Source: Eledone cirrhosa
Taxonomy: Eukaryota
Assembly: GCA_964016885.1 (NCBI GenBank)
Contig: OZ024743.1
Location: forward strand, 363,134,001 to 363,198,000
DNA: 64,000 bases
Direction: 5' to 3'
Shown here: piece after piece, positions 12,569-25,167 of the stretch
How positions within the stretch are numbered: the first letter of the stretch is position 1
Layout of the letters: each line of letters opens with the position of its first letter
Notes under the pieces: model-generated
Database searches by the model: none
Told to the model about the DNA's origin: nothing
What the model saw: only the letters and a program-made list of their open reading frames with translations
Position numbers and translations under genes: made by a program

Positions 12569-13321
12569 GTATGTTGTCTTAACAGGCATAGAAATTATTT
12601 ATCTGGCAGTAACAGTCTGTAGTTCTATGTTTTTATTATATATATATATATATATATATATACGGGGTAACAAATTATTGTTATAGGTAGTCCACTTAAG
12701 TGTAGTCCAGTTATCATACTCCGGGTAGTGGATGATATCAATGCTTGGCTAAGTTTGACTCAACAAGGCGTTTCCATAGTGATGTTGCGAGTACGCTGTA
12801 ATTCCTATGTTGTAAACACTTGGAGTAATGATAAATCAGGAAAGAAGAGTGACACGGTTTGCTATACAAAAAAGGTTTTTAATCTCATTGCTGACAATTG
12901 TTTCTCTGAACTGGTAGGTCTAGAGATCGCTACCCACTTGTTTTCACGTTATTCGATCACCAATACAAAGTTATAACCAGTCAATTCATCGGAGCTTGTG
13001 AGAATGAAAGGAATATACCGGCATGGCTACTATATATAGTAGTAATGGCATTCAATCAGAACAATAATAACAATACTAACAATGCTAGCAATAAATTATT
13101 TGAAATAATCACAACATCAATCTAGGTGGGAAGTATAGTATATCTACGATTTTAGCGTGTAAAACTAGCTGACATGAGGCAGATGTATAAAATTGACATG
13201 TAAAAGCTGTCATGGGGTGTATTATATATAGTGTAAAGATAAGCTGGTGGCTTTAAACAATATAGGTCAGGTGGCCGTAAGAGTCGGTTATTATCTGACA
13301 GATGAAGAATTTATCACTGTA

Positions 13322-13361
<40 letters not shown>

Positions 13362-13524
13362 ATTTGCTGCTAGGAGTGAAGTGAGTCAATTGGAGGTGAA
13401 ATGAAGAAAGGGAGGGGTAACATAAGGAAATGTGAATAAGAAATGGAAGAAGAGAGATGAGTCATGTGACAGGAAAGAATTGTAAATGGATTGATGCTTT
13501 GGCAGAGTCATTATAATGTCAGTT

Positions 13525-13709
13525 AGGCGGTGGATTGGCAGTATCGGTAGAGGGTCGGACGCCATGCTTTCCAGCATAGTTACGTCCCTTTACGATCTGA
13601 GTTCAAATCTCGCCGAGGTTGACTTTGCCTTTCATCCTTACGGGGTCGATAAAATAAAGTACCAGTAATGCACTGGATAATTGCTGGCCTTGTGCCTAAA
13701 GTAGAAACA
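13525..13709 (+). mobile_element. SINE family 1
   Basis: 15-bp TSD attataatgtcagtt (13510-13524 / 13710-13724). Confidence 0.85.
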
Positions 13710-15009
13710 ATTATAATGTCAGTTTAAATGCCTCTATATTTGTTCTGACTTTCTGTGATCTGAGTTTATATCCCACCATAGTTAATTTTGTCTTCTTGCT
13801 TTCAACATAGATGAATAAAATATCAATTCAGTAGAACTGGATGAGTTACTTTGTGCTACCCATTCCAGCTCTGTGCATTCTGAATTCAAATTCTTTCTCC
13901 TGTCCCTGGAAAAGTATTGGTTCTTCTGCCAGGAGTTGCAACTAGCAAATATTATCAGCAATGGAAATATGAACATGGACATTGTTTCCTTGGTCCAGTC
14001 TAATGATCAGCTTTTTTTCTTTTCATGGATAAATAAGAGGCTGGAAAGATGGATGGATGGATTGAGAGAGAAAAGTATAGAGGCAGAGAAAGGAAAGAGA
14101 GGGAAGAGAAAAATGAATATCGTTGGTGAGATTAACAAAAAAAATGGTGCTCTTTGAATGATATCTATTTAGATATTTGTTGTTAAGTTAGACACTCCCT
14201 TATCTCTCTCATCCACAGAAATGCAATGAACTAATGATTTGTCCATTTGAAACCTGTAACTAATGATGCTATAAATTGGAATATGAAATATATATAAAAA
14301 AAGGAAGGAATTATTGAAAGATGACTGAAAGAATAGACAGAGATGGACTGACAGATGGACAGACTTAGAGATAGATGGAGAGACTGACAGATAGACGGAC
14401 AGGCTGAGAGAGAAATGGACAAAGGAATGAATAGACTGACAGAAGATGGATAAACTGACAGGCAGATGGAGAGACTGACGGAGAAGTGGACTGGCTGACA
14501 GACAAAGGGATGAAGAGATTGACAGACTGATGGTGAGACTGACAGAGAGATGGATAGACTGACAGGCAGATGGAGAGACTAACAGACAGAGGAACAGACT
14601 AAGAGACAGATGGACAGACAGTCCGACAGATAGATGGTTTTTCATATTGGTCGTTATCTAGACCTCAGGTGTCTTTTGTCCCTGCTCTGCCGATTTCCTT
14701 TGTAATATCAAAAAGACAGTAGCCCGTCTGAAGAAGGAGCCCCATGAGGTGGGGTGGCTGTTGAAACTGGTAATACCTTTGCTATTTTGTCCATAGGGCA
14801 CAGGTGAAACCCTGCTCAGACTGGGATGTAGAGTCTGTCACTTCCTACCCAACTCTCTTTTTCTTGCATTACTTAATTCCTTTTTTCTTATTCTTTTTCT
14901 TGTTTTCCTTCCTTTTTTGTGTGTTTTTATTGTCATGTGTATCGTAGTTTTTTGTCACATTTTTTGTACATCTTGTAGTAGATGAAGAGACTGTTGAACA
15001 GAAGAGGAG

Positions 15010-16620
15010 AGAGACAGACAAACAAAGAGCTAGTCAAGATGACATATAGAGAGACAGACTGACAAATAGATGGAGGGACTGACAAAGAGATAGTCAAGAT
15101 GACATATAGAGAGACAGACTGACAAATAGATGGAGGGACTGACAAATAGATGGAGGGACTGACAAAGAGATAGTCAAGATGACATATAGAGAGACAGACT
15201 GACAAATAGATGGAGAGACTGACAAAGAGATAGTCAAGATGACATATAGAGAGACAGACTGACAAATAGATAGAGGGACTGACAAAGAGATAGGCAAGAT
15301 GACATATAGAGAGACAGACTGACAAATAGATGGAGGGGCTGACAAAGAGGTAGTCAAGATGACATATAGAGAGACAGACTGACAAATAGATGGAGGGACT
15401 GACAAAGAGATAGTCAAGATGACATATAGAGAGACAGACTGACAAATAGATGGAGGGACTGACAAAGAGATAGTCAAGATGACATATAGAGAGACAGACT
15501 GACAAATAGATGGAGGGACTGACAAAGAGATAGTCAAGATGACATATAGAGAGACAGACTGACAAATGGATGGAGAGACTGACAAAGAGATAGTCAAGAT
15601 GACATATAGAGAGACAGACTGACAAATAGATGGAGGGACTGACAAAGAGATAGTCAAGATGACATATAGAGAGACAGACTGACAAATAGATGTAGGGACT
15701 GACAAAGAGATAGTCAAGATGACATATAGAGAGACAGACTGACAAATAGATGGAGGGACTGACAAAGAGATAGTCAAGATGACATATAGAGAGACAGACT
15801 GACAAATGGATGGAGGGACTGACAAAGAGATGGAGGGACTGACAAAGAGATAGTCAAGATGACATATAGAGAGACAGACTGACAAATAGATGGAGAGACT
15901 GACAAAGAGATAGTCAAGATGACATATAGAGAGACAGACTGACAAATAGATAGAGGGACTGACAAAGAGATAGGCAAGATGACATATAGAGAGACAGACT
16001 GACAAATAGATGGAGGGGCTGACAAAGAGGTAGTCAAGATGACATATAGAGAGACAGACTGACAAATAGATGGAGGGACTGACAAAGAGATAGTCAAGAT
16101 GACATATAGAGAGACAGACTGACAAATAGATGGAGGGACTGACAAAGAGATAGTCAAGATGACATATAGAGAGACAGACTGACAAATAGATGGAGGGACT
16201 GACAAAGAGATAGTCAAGATGACATATAGAGAGACAGACTGACAAATGGATGGAGAGACTGACAAAGAGATAGTCAAGATGACATATAGAGAGACAGACT
16301 GACAAATAGATGGAGGGACTGACAAAGAGATAGTCAAGATGACATATAGAGAGACAGACTGACAAATAGATGTAGGGACTGACAAAGAGATAGTCAAGAT
16401 GACATATAGAGAGACAGACTGACAAATAGATAGTCAAGATGACATATAGAGAGACAGACTGACAAATGGATGGAGGGACTGACAAAGAGATGGAGGGACT
16501 GACAAAGAGATAGTCAAGATGACATATAGAGAGACAGACTGACAAATAGATGGAGGAACTGACAAAGAGGTAGTCAAGATGACATGTAGAGAGACAGACG
16601 GACAAATAGAGAGACAGACT
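15010..16620. repeat. 60-bp minisatellite (~26 units) built from 20-bp subunits
   Basis: Unit gacaaagagatagtcaagat-gacatatagagagacagact-gacaaatagatggagggact; diverged GACA/GATG-rich precursors at 14320-14640 and 16620-16670. Confidence 0.97.
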
Positions 16621-16720
16621 GGCAGACAGATGGATTGGCAGATAGACTGATGGACAGACTGAAAGAGAAATGAATGGATGTTATGTGTAAAACTGATTTG
16701 AAACCAATTTTGTTCACTCA

Positions 16721-17648
16721 TCTATATATATAAAACTGAGGATGTGTGTGTATGTGTGTGAGTTTGAATCCTTAAAACTCGAGAACCACCCAACTGACTG
16801 TTTTCAAACTTTACACGTGTAATACTTACGTTTCAGGGAGTGTTTCTGAGCAAAACAATTTCAAATTTCAATGCCCTAGGGGCCGCATTAGGCGATTTAG
16901 CGATCTCTCTCTATAATTCTTAGTCTTTCTCCTTTTAGATTGATACATACATATAACGTCGCGCCCTTATAATATTTGTCTGTATGTCTGACTGTCTGCA
17001 TTACGTCACTTCCCTGAGGAAGTCTGTGTATGTGTGTGTGTGTGTGTGTGAGTGAGTTTGAATCCCTAAAACTCGAAACGTACCCAACCGATGTATTTCA
17101 AACTTTACATGTGTATTACTTATGCGTCAGGGAGTGTTATGCATATAAAAAAATTCAACATTTTGATCCCCTAGAACCTGCATTAGGTGAAAAACTGCGT
17201 TTTTTAAGCTTTTTAAGGGTTTTTTGAGGCGTTACGTCAGACCGATTTCCTTGAAATTGTAACTATGTATTAGTCAGTCTCTTCTTCATACCGTGAGCAA
17301 AGAAAATCCAACTTTTTTATGGCCTAGGGCCCTCAGGTGAAAAACTTCCTATTTTCAGCTTTTGGGGGCTTTTTGGAGGCGTTACGTCTAGCCGATTTTC
17401 CCGAAATTTCAAAGCATATTATGCACATAAAAAAATGCATTTTCTTCCTCCCCTAGGGCCCGCATTAGCTGAGAACCTGCATTTTTCCTGCTTCATCAAG
17501 GAAAATCTTAAAGATTATCCAGCCATCAGAGTATTCGGTTTATTTTCTTTACATATTGTCCAGGCATGCAGTTTTTCCACAATTAGGTCTGTTGGCGGCC
17601 CGCATTCCAAAATACCTTATCCCGTGCAACGCCGGGTACCACTGCTAG
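16721..17648 (+). mobile_element. Non-autonomous Helitron family H1 with internal duplications
   Basis: A|TCTATATATATAAAACTGAGG ... cccgtgcaacgccggg-taccactg-CTAG|T. Confidence 0.85.
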
Positions 17649-18206
17649 TGTTATCTATATCTCAGAAAGGGAGGTAAACTGGAATCCTTGCATGAATGCT
17701 TACAACATTGTAAACTCTAATAAAGGCACCAAGTTCCAGATATTGGTATTAAACTGAGTGACCAATTAAATATAGCACCCAAGAAGGCTACAATGAGATT
17801 TGAACTCAGAAGACAAAGAACCAGAACAAATACTGCAAAGCATCTTGTCAAATGCTCTAACAATTCTGCTAATCCATCACTCTGGGTGCAGATCCCACTA
17901 AGGTCAACTTTGCTTTCATCTTTTGAGGATTGATAAAATAAAGTACCAGTAATAGCTTGTGATTTACTGGGGTGAAAATAAAACCCTTCCTCACTTACAG
18001 GAGCTATTTTTTTTAATTAAAAAGAATTATTATTTTATTAAGATTTAATTAAAATGGGTGGTTATTAGGAATGGCATTCAGATGTAGAAACCAAGCAAAA
18101 ATGGAACATATCTGAGCAAGATATGGAAAAGTAGACATAAAATGATGATGGTGATGATGATGATATTGTATTGTTAATAATTATTTTATTATTTGATGGT
18201 TTTCAG

Positions 18207-18353
18207 ATTCCGATACTTGAATAGTTTGAACTTAGCAAACAATGATATGAAATCATTTCCTTCAGCAATATGTAGCATGCAAAGTTTAACTGAATTGAAC
18301 TTGGCTTCTAACAAATTAGAAGAGATACCACCTTCAATAGCTGACTTAACCAG
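18207..18353 (+). CDS. PHLPP: PHLPP exon 5 (LRR)
   Basis: tttcag|A...AG|gtaagt, 147 nt; FRYLNSLNLANNDMKSFPSAICSMQSLTELNLASNKLEEIPPSIADLT. Not in the ORF track. Confidence 0.93.
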
Positions 18354-19441
18354 GTAAGTTTAGTCAGTTTGTTTTCAAGACCAAATCATCCTCTGTCATC
18401 CTGTATTCTGGAGAAAGCAACAGGAAAATAATATTTTGAATTACCACAACAAAAATAAAGTTTTCAATGGCACTCCATTAGCATGGTTGAGTAAAAGAAA
18501 GTAAAAGAAAGAATATAGCAAATTTGAAAATCTGAAATAGGAATTGTTTCTCATGTTTAAAAAAGAATCTTTTTAAAATGACACTTCTTTTACTGTTTAG
18601 TAAGGGATGTAAGGGCAATGCCATAACCCTTTTCAGGGCATTTAAGACTGGTAGGAAGGAGATAGAAAGGTATCCTCAAATTGGAGACCTGGTCTGAATG
18701 TTTATGTTTTATATGAGGTAAATATTCTGTATCTTTTAGGTGAGGTCAACTGTGATGGTATTCTGAGCCATTCTTAAAATGTGAAAAGCATATATATAAA
18801 TTTAATTCAAAAGCAAAAAAACAAACCTTATTTAGTAATAAAAAAATAAAAAAGGAGAAACAAAACGAAAGAAAGAATAGGGATATATAGAAAAAAAAAG
18901 AGAAAGAAGAAAAAGAACAGGAAAGGGAGGGGATGGCAAAAGCTCTGGTGTTGCAGAAGAGAGGGGGGGTGAGGGGGAGGGTACTTGAGCCTAGGGCAAG
19001 GGAGCAGGAGTGCTGCGCCCTGCAGACAAGACAACAAAGGCATTCCTCCAGGCGATGACCAGTGACACCCACTGCAACAGCCACCCAACCTCATGGGGCT
19101 CCCTCCTCCGACGGGCTGTCGACGCTCCGATCTTGTGGAGGTTGAAAGTGATACAAATTGAAGCTAGGATGAAGATAGCTTTAATTCATTTCCAATGCTA
19201 ACATACACCTAAATACAAAGTACATAGTATAATGCAAAGCAATGAAAAATATGATTTTATTCATGGAAGTGATTTGAATGATAAAGTTCTGATAATAATT
19301 TAATGGGACTAAATTATTAATAATTTTCAAAATAATTTTCATAATAAAATGTAAGGTATCATCATGTCATAACATGTTTATTAAACCATATCATTCTGAA
19401 ATCACATCTTTGATCCTGTGTTCATTGTCTCATCTTCACAG

Positions 19442-19893
19442 ATTACAGGTGTTGCGACTACACAACAACCACCTAACCATGCTACCTGAAGAGATGGGCT
19501 GTATGAAACAGCTAACAGTTCTAATTTTGGCATTCAATTACTTCACAACAGTACCATCAGTACTGTTACGTATTCATAGCATCTCTGATACAATGGAGAG
19601 TATCATAATGGCAGGGAATTATATTGAACGTTTACAAGGCAACCTGCTTAATCAAATGAAACTGGTGAAGAAGATTGACTTCCGTTTCAACAAGCTGACA
19701 TTGATGCCCAGTGAGGTTGCAAAGTTCCAGTGTTTGGAATTCATGAGTCACCTTGATATCAGAGATAACAACATTGAAAATTTGGACATCAGAGCTTTGA
19801 AAGGATTAGTCTACATCAACTGTGAACGCAACAGGATGCAAAGCTTACAGTTAAGTGGAATCGGTTTGAAGTATATGTATGCAAAGGATAATG
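19442..19893 (+). CDS. PHLPP: PHLPP exon 6 (LRR)
   Basis: cacag|A...G|gtaaga, 452 nt; LQVLRLHNNHLTMLPEEM...LDIRDNNI...CERNRM...MYAKDN. Confidence 0.94.
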
Positions 19894-21021
19894 GTAAGAG
19901 AATCTATAGTACATTCTTCTTGATTACAAATTCTGTTTTCTAGTTGTTGTTGTTGTTTAACCACAAGTCAACTCTAATCAAGCAAACTTACAAGAATTAT
20001 CAACACTACCCTTCCCCCTTTGACTATCCCATTAATGGAACGTATTCTCTCTGCTTTTCAGACATGCATGCATGGTCCCATAACTCCTGAAGGAGTCATA
20101 GGGGTGCCATATTGACATATGGCATTTCTAGAGTATTCTAAAACCAGGCAGAGCCCAATCCTCTCCAGGTTTGAATACAACCAATTTCTTCCAGAGAAGG
20201 ATAGAGAGTTGGGGAATGGAAGAGAGAAATAGATATAGAGGAAAAATCGACCCCAGTACTTGACTGGTACATTTTTTTATCGACCTTGAATGGATGAAAG
20301 ACAAAGTTGACCTAGTTGAACTCAGAGAGTAGAGAGCCAAAATGAATACTGCAAAACATTCAATCCAATATTCTAATGACTCTGCTAATTCACCACCTAT
20401 TTTCAGATATAGTGTATATATATAAGACTACACTTTCCATATGTTCTTCACTTTTTTAAGACTATAGAATGTGTTTTCAGAGAGATTTGGCTGTATTTCT
20501 TGCATGTTCAGCAACTGCTTGGAGATTCCTTGGTTAACTTGATTGTTGGCATATGTCTAGTTTTTCTCTCAGTTAATTAATGCTTTGTCGTTCATGTACA
20601 CCACTGTAGCATTGACTTTGGAGGCAGTCAATTAACTGCCCTTAGTTCTGACGTCACGTTCTGACGTCAGTAGCTGAATACACACTCTTCGACTTTGTCT
20701 CTTGAGGCGAGCAGATGCATTTCACTGTGGCGAAACAGCGATAATACACCATGCGGTCACGGGATAATTGAACACTGCCACTTAATGATAATTACGAATT
20801 ACCAATCAAGGAGCAACTGATATGATAACCTGTTTTGTTTATTGCTCTGATTAAAATACTCATGTACATATAATCTCGAGGTATGTTCTTTTTGCTTAAT
20901 TGTTTACCTACACCTAACAACAAATAGAAGAGATGTTCTACCAGCCAAGCTAGGGAAATGAACTCCCCTCTAAACCATAAAATAATGCAGCTTTCTAAAA
21001 TGGTGACCATCTCTTCTAAAC

Positions 21022-21923
21022 CACTAATGCACATCCATCAGAGCATGCAAATTCATTTCTTTCCAAGGTCCTCTGCACATATTTCCCCAGTCACACTTCC
21101 ATGCAGCATTACTGTTCATACACAAGTTTCATACAATCTGCCTTTCATTTTGATGCAGTGTACAGGAGAGGAGATTGCAGTGGTTTGGACATTTGATGAA
21201 TATGAAGGATAGCAGCTGTATAAAAATGTGCAGGGCACTCAAAGTCAACAGAAACTATGAAAGAGGTAGTCCTAGGAAAGCTTTTAATGAAGTATTAAAA
21301 GCTGACCTTGCATAATTAAACCTCACAAAGGAGATAACACAGGATCGAGATCTCTGGCATCATGCTGTACTGCAGAAGACTCAACTTCTCGTGTGCACAA
21401 AATGAAATGAACCAAATGAACCAAACATGTAGAGGACACAATAGTCTGCACCAAACTTCTTTTCCTCCTCCCCAATTTTAATACCCTGCCCTCCCCAGCT
21501 ATATATCCTACACTTTTCATTGATTTCAAATTCACTTATTTGCTCCACCCTCTTCCAAACCCTCACCACTGCTACACCTTGTTTGCCTAACCCATGCATA
21601 CAATCATGAAAGCTGGACATGCTCTACATCCAATTTCTCATAATGCTTTGACCATGACAAAAATCACTAAGTCCCTCTGATGTCACAACAACAAAGGTCC
21701 CCATCTATCCTGTAAGGTGGTCATGCTGGTGACATGACAAAAAGCACTCAGTCCACACTGTAACATAGTTGGCATTAGGGTGGTATCCAGCTGTAGAAAC
21801 TAAGCCAAAATACAAATCCTTATGAGCAAGACGTTGTCTCCAGACTTGACTTATCACATAACATGACAATCCATCTAACCTATGCAAGCATGGAAAATAG
21901 ATGTTAAATAATGATGATGATGA
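21022..21923 (+). mobile_element. Decayed RTE 3' fragment with inverted 5' segment
   Basis: 21022-21151 is antisense RT C-terminus; 21152-21923 is the sense C-terminus, UTR and (GAT)n tail. Confidence 0.78.
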
Positions 21924-21947
21924 TATATATATATATATATATATAAT

Positions 21948-21981
<34 letters not shown>

Positions 21982-22318
21982 TTAATAAAGATGCTGATGT
22001 TACATAAATTGTTTATTCATTATAATTATTTCAACGGTTCTCCCAAGCAATCAAGATGTAATTATTGTATTTGTTGTTGTTATGAGAACGGTATCCTCAG
22101 ATGAAATTCGATTTTGTGATTTTGTGATATGAGTTCTTGAAAGGGTCTCCTCTTTTTTATATTATCTAGTGATTCTAATGATTTCTGTACAGTTGAATTA
22201 AATGCTATCTCCTGTCTTTGAATGAAACATATGTAAATCAATTAAATAATGTATTAATGTATTAAACCTTGGTTATTTAATCATGTTACACACACATACA
22301 CACACACACACACACACT

Positions 22319-22371
<53 letters not shown>

Positions 22372-23066
22372 TGTGTGTATGCATAAATAAATAAATATAT
22401 GCATGTATATATAAATATATGTTGATGACAAAAGCCCGCATTATAATGTTTAATTTTATGCTGACTTTCTTCCCTGCTAGCACCTATGCATTTATGACTT
22501 CCTAGCACTTTTGTTGTATTTCTCTCTTTTGTTTTACTACTTCCCAGATACACAATGTAGTTATCACATGATGATTGTGTTTTATTATAATGATATAACG
22601 ATATGTATATATGAACAATCTTCACAGTTTCCATCTAACAAATTCCAATCAAAGTATATTGGTCAACTCAGAGCTATGATAGTAGACACTAGTCCAAAAT
22701 GCTGCACACTGAATTAGATCTCAGAACCATGTGATTGCAAAGCAGACCTCTTAACTAATACAACCATGCCTGCATCAACTTAGTTATGACATAATTCAGT
22801 ACTACAGACATTCTGGGGGAGTAACACAACAGGTAGTAACACAGAATTGGTAGTAACTTACTCATAATAAATTTCAACTCCACTGACAATATACACGTCC
22901 ACAAATCTTCAAGCCAGAATTCAACCCTTTCTTTCCCACTCAGTCATTATAATTTGTAACCAATATTTTGTACTACACGAAACCACCTTAGCATTCTTGA
23001 TACTTATAAGACAGCAATATTACAGCATTACATCCATATTTAAAGTACTTACTGTATTAATGCAAA

Positions 23067-23599
23067 CTAGCAGAAAAACCACCCAAAGGGTGGTTTTCTG
23101 CTAGAATGTGTAGTGTGTATATTGATATTATACGCAGGTATATATACATGTAGATATGATACATCAAATAAAATTGTAATTGACAATATACACAGAAATT
23201 GAACGAAAACTGTGTTACACTGTCTTATGTAATCAGTAACGTAATCCATGATACATTAAAAAAGACGATATTATATATAAACTGCATTAGGAGAAAATGA
23301 GTGTTTATTTAAGCGATCGCCACCGGAAGTGTTGACATCACACACTCTCTCTTTCTATATATATATATGGTAGTTGAAGTGGTTGTGGTGGCGACGATAT
23401 ACCTGAAGTACAACTTTGAAAAGAAGTCAATTTTGAATTATTTATTTTTACGAAATTATTTTTGTTTACGAAATTGAGTAGACAAATTATGTAATATTCA
23501 TTCATTATTTATTCAAAGTAATCCAACTTATTTTACAAATGTGATAAAAAAAAATAAACTGTACGCAATTCTGCAGACCTTCCTTTATTATAGTTTAGA
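23067..23599 (-). mobile_element. Non-autonomous Helitron family H2
   Basis: Minus strand A|TC...hairpin...CTAG|T, no TSD. Confidence 0.82.
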
Positions 23600-23862
23600 T
23601 TTTCACTACAGTCTGTCCACTACTAAAGATGCTATATATATTTGAATTACAAAACTACATGAACCCACATTAGCAAGACATTCTTGAAAAGTTTAAAAGT
23701 GACTGCATCACATTTAAAATTCAAGTCTTTTCTTTAATACTGAAGATTTTTCAGTTATATATCCCCCTAGTAAATATGCAACAAACATTTGATTAATAAG
23801 CCTTTTTTTAATTAATATCTTCTGCAATAATGGTTTTCAATGTACGATAATTTATTTTGTAG

Positions 23863-23923
23863 AGCTTACTTCTTTGAACATTACACCAAAACCAGAATGG
23901 CTCGTGGAGATGGACCTTTCACA
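23863..23923 (+). CDS. PHLPP: PHLPP exon 7 (LRR, 61 nt)
   Basis: ttgtag|AG...CA|gtaagt; ELTSLNITPKPEWLVEMDLS; phases 1-2 fit both neighbours. Confidence 0.88.
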
Positions 23924-23982
23924 GTAAGTGAAATATATTCTATATCTTTCATAGTGGTCATAATGCATTATATTAGGCCTAT

Positions 23983-24174
23983 GATTGGCAGTGGATTGGC
24001 AGTTATCAGTAGAGGGTTGGACGCCATGCTTTGATGCATAGAGTTACGGCCCTTGCCATTCTGAGTTCAAATTCCGCTGAGGTTACTTTGCCTTTCATCC
24101 TTACGGGGGTCGATAAAATAAAGTACCAGTAATACACTGGGATAATTGCTGGCCTTGTGCCAATAGTAGAAACA
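23983..24174 (+). mobile_element. SINE family 1
   Basis: 16-bp TSD attatattaggcctat (23967-23982 / 24175-24190). Confidence 0.85.
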
Positions 24175-24967
24175 ATTATATTAGGCCTATAATTGGTATA
24201 TGATTATTTGAGATAAACAAATTGTATAAGTATATTTTGAAGCTACTGGCTAATGCTATGCTAGAGATTCTTTAACATAGAGACAGAGAAAGGTTCTTGG
24301 TGATATTTAGATTTCCTCTTTGAAGTTGTTAAGTGTGGCTACCAACTTGAACATATTAGCACAATTTTTTTAACATTTCATGTTTATTAATTCAACCTAT
24401 CGTTCAGTTTTCCCATGTCTACTTCATATCCATTATTGTTATTTCACAACTCATTTCTTAAGTATAGCTTCCAGCATATAATGGTTTCTGATTCATTTAC
24501 AAGGCCAACAATTTTGGTGGTGGAGGGGAAAGTTGATTGAATCGACCTGTTACATTACTGGTGCTTTACTTTATCGACCTGTAAGGATGAAAAGCAAAGC
24601 TAACTTCGGTGGGATTAGTAATTCGTGCAGTTATTCATTATCATCATCATTGTCATCACCATGATTTCATGCTCATTGTTCATGGTGGCATGGGTTAGAC
24701 GAGTCATCATGTTCTGAGACTAGACATCTCAGATGGCGTGTCATACATTTAATTTTGGAAAGGTTGGCTAGATGCCTTTTATTGTGTGTACTGCATGCAT
24801 TTTATTGGAGCCATCAGTATTTCATAGGGCTGACTGGGTGAATTTTTATCATGGCATCAGCACTACCACCTCATAGGATGGACTGAGTGCATTTTATTGT
24901 GACACGACACGACCACTTTTCAGAGTGGGTTGGGTGCATTATTATTTCACCAGAACTAACATTTTAC

Positions 24968-25167
24968 NNNNNNNNNNNNNNNNNNNNNNNNNNNNNNNNN
25001 NNNNNNNNNNNNNNNNNNNNNNNNNNNNNNNNNNNNNNNNNNNNNNNNNNNNNNNNNNNNNNNNNNNNNNNNNNNNNNNNNNNNNNNNNNNNNNNNNNNN
25101 NNNNNNNNNNNNNNNNNNNNNNNNNNNNNNNNNNNNNNNNNNNNNNNNNNNNNNNNNNNNNNNNNNN
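24968..25167. other. Assembly gap (200 N)
   Basis: Run of N in intron 7. Confidence 1.

Noticed and set aside
14728-14775. CUGAAGA...GAAA-CUGG-UA hammerhead-like motif
   Set aside because: Stem I does not pair next to the core, and the related copy at ~19060-19117 lacks both core motifs.
15010-16620. CRISPR-like regular array
   Set aside because: Contiguous tandem units with no unique spacers, no cas genes, and a eukaryotic intron context.
14933-16721. Long minus-strand ORFs (290, 503 and 207 aa)
   Set aside because: Translations of the 60-bp minisatellite, which lacks stops on that strand; no domain content.
24968-25167. Possible PHLPP exon hidden in the N gap
   Set aside because: Exons 7 and 8 join in phase and give an uninterrupted LRR (MDLSHNKIRDLP).
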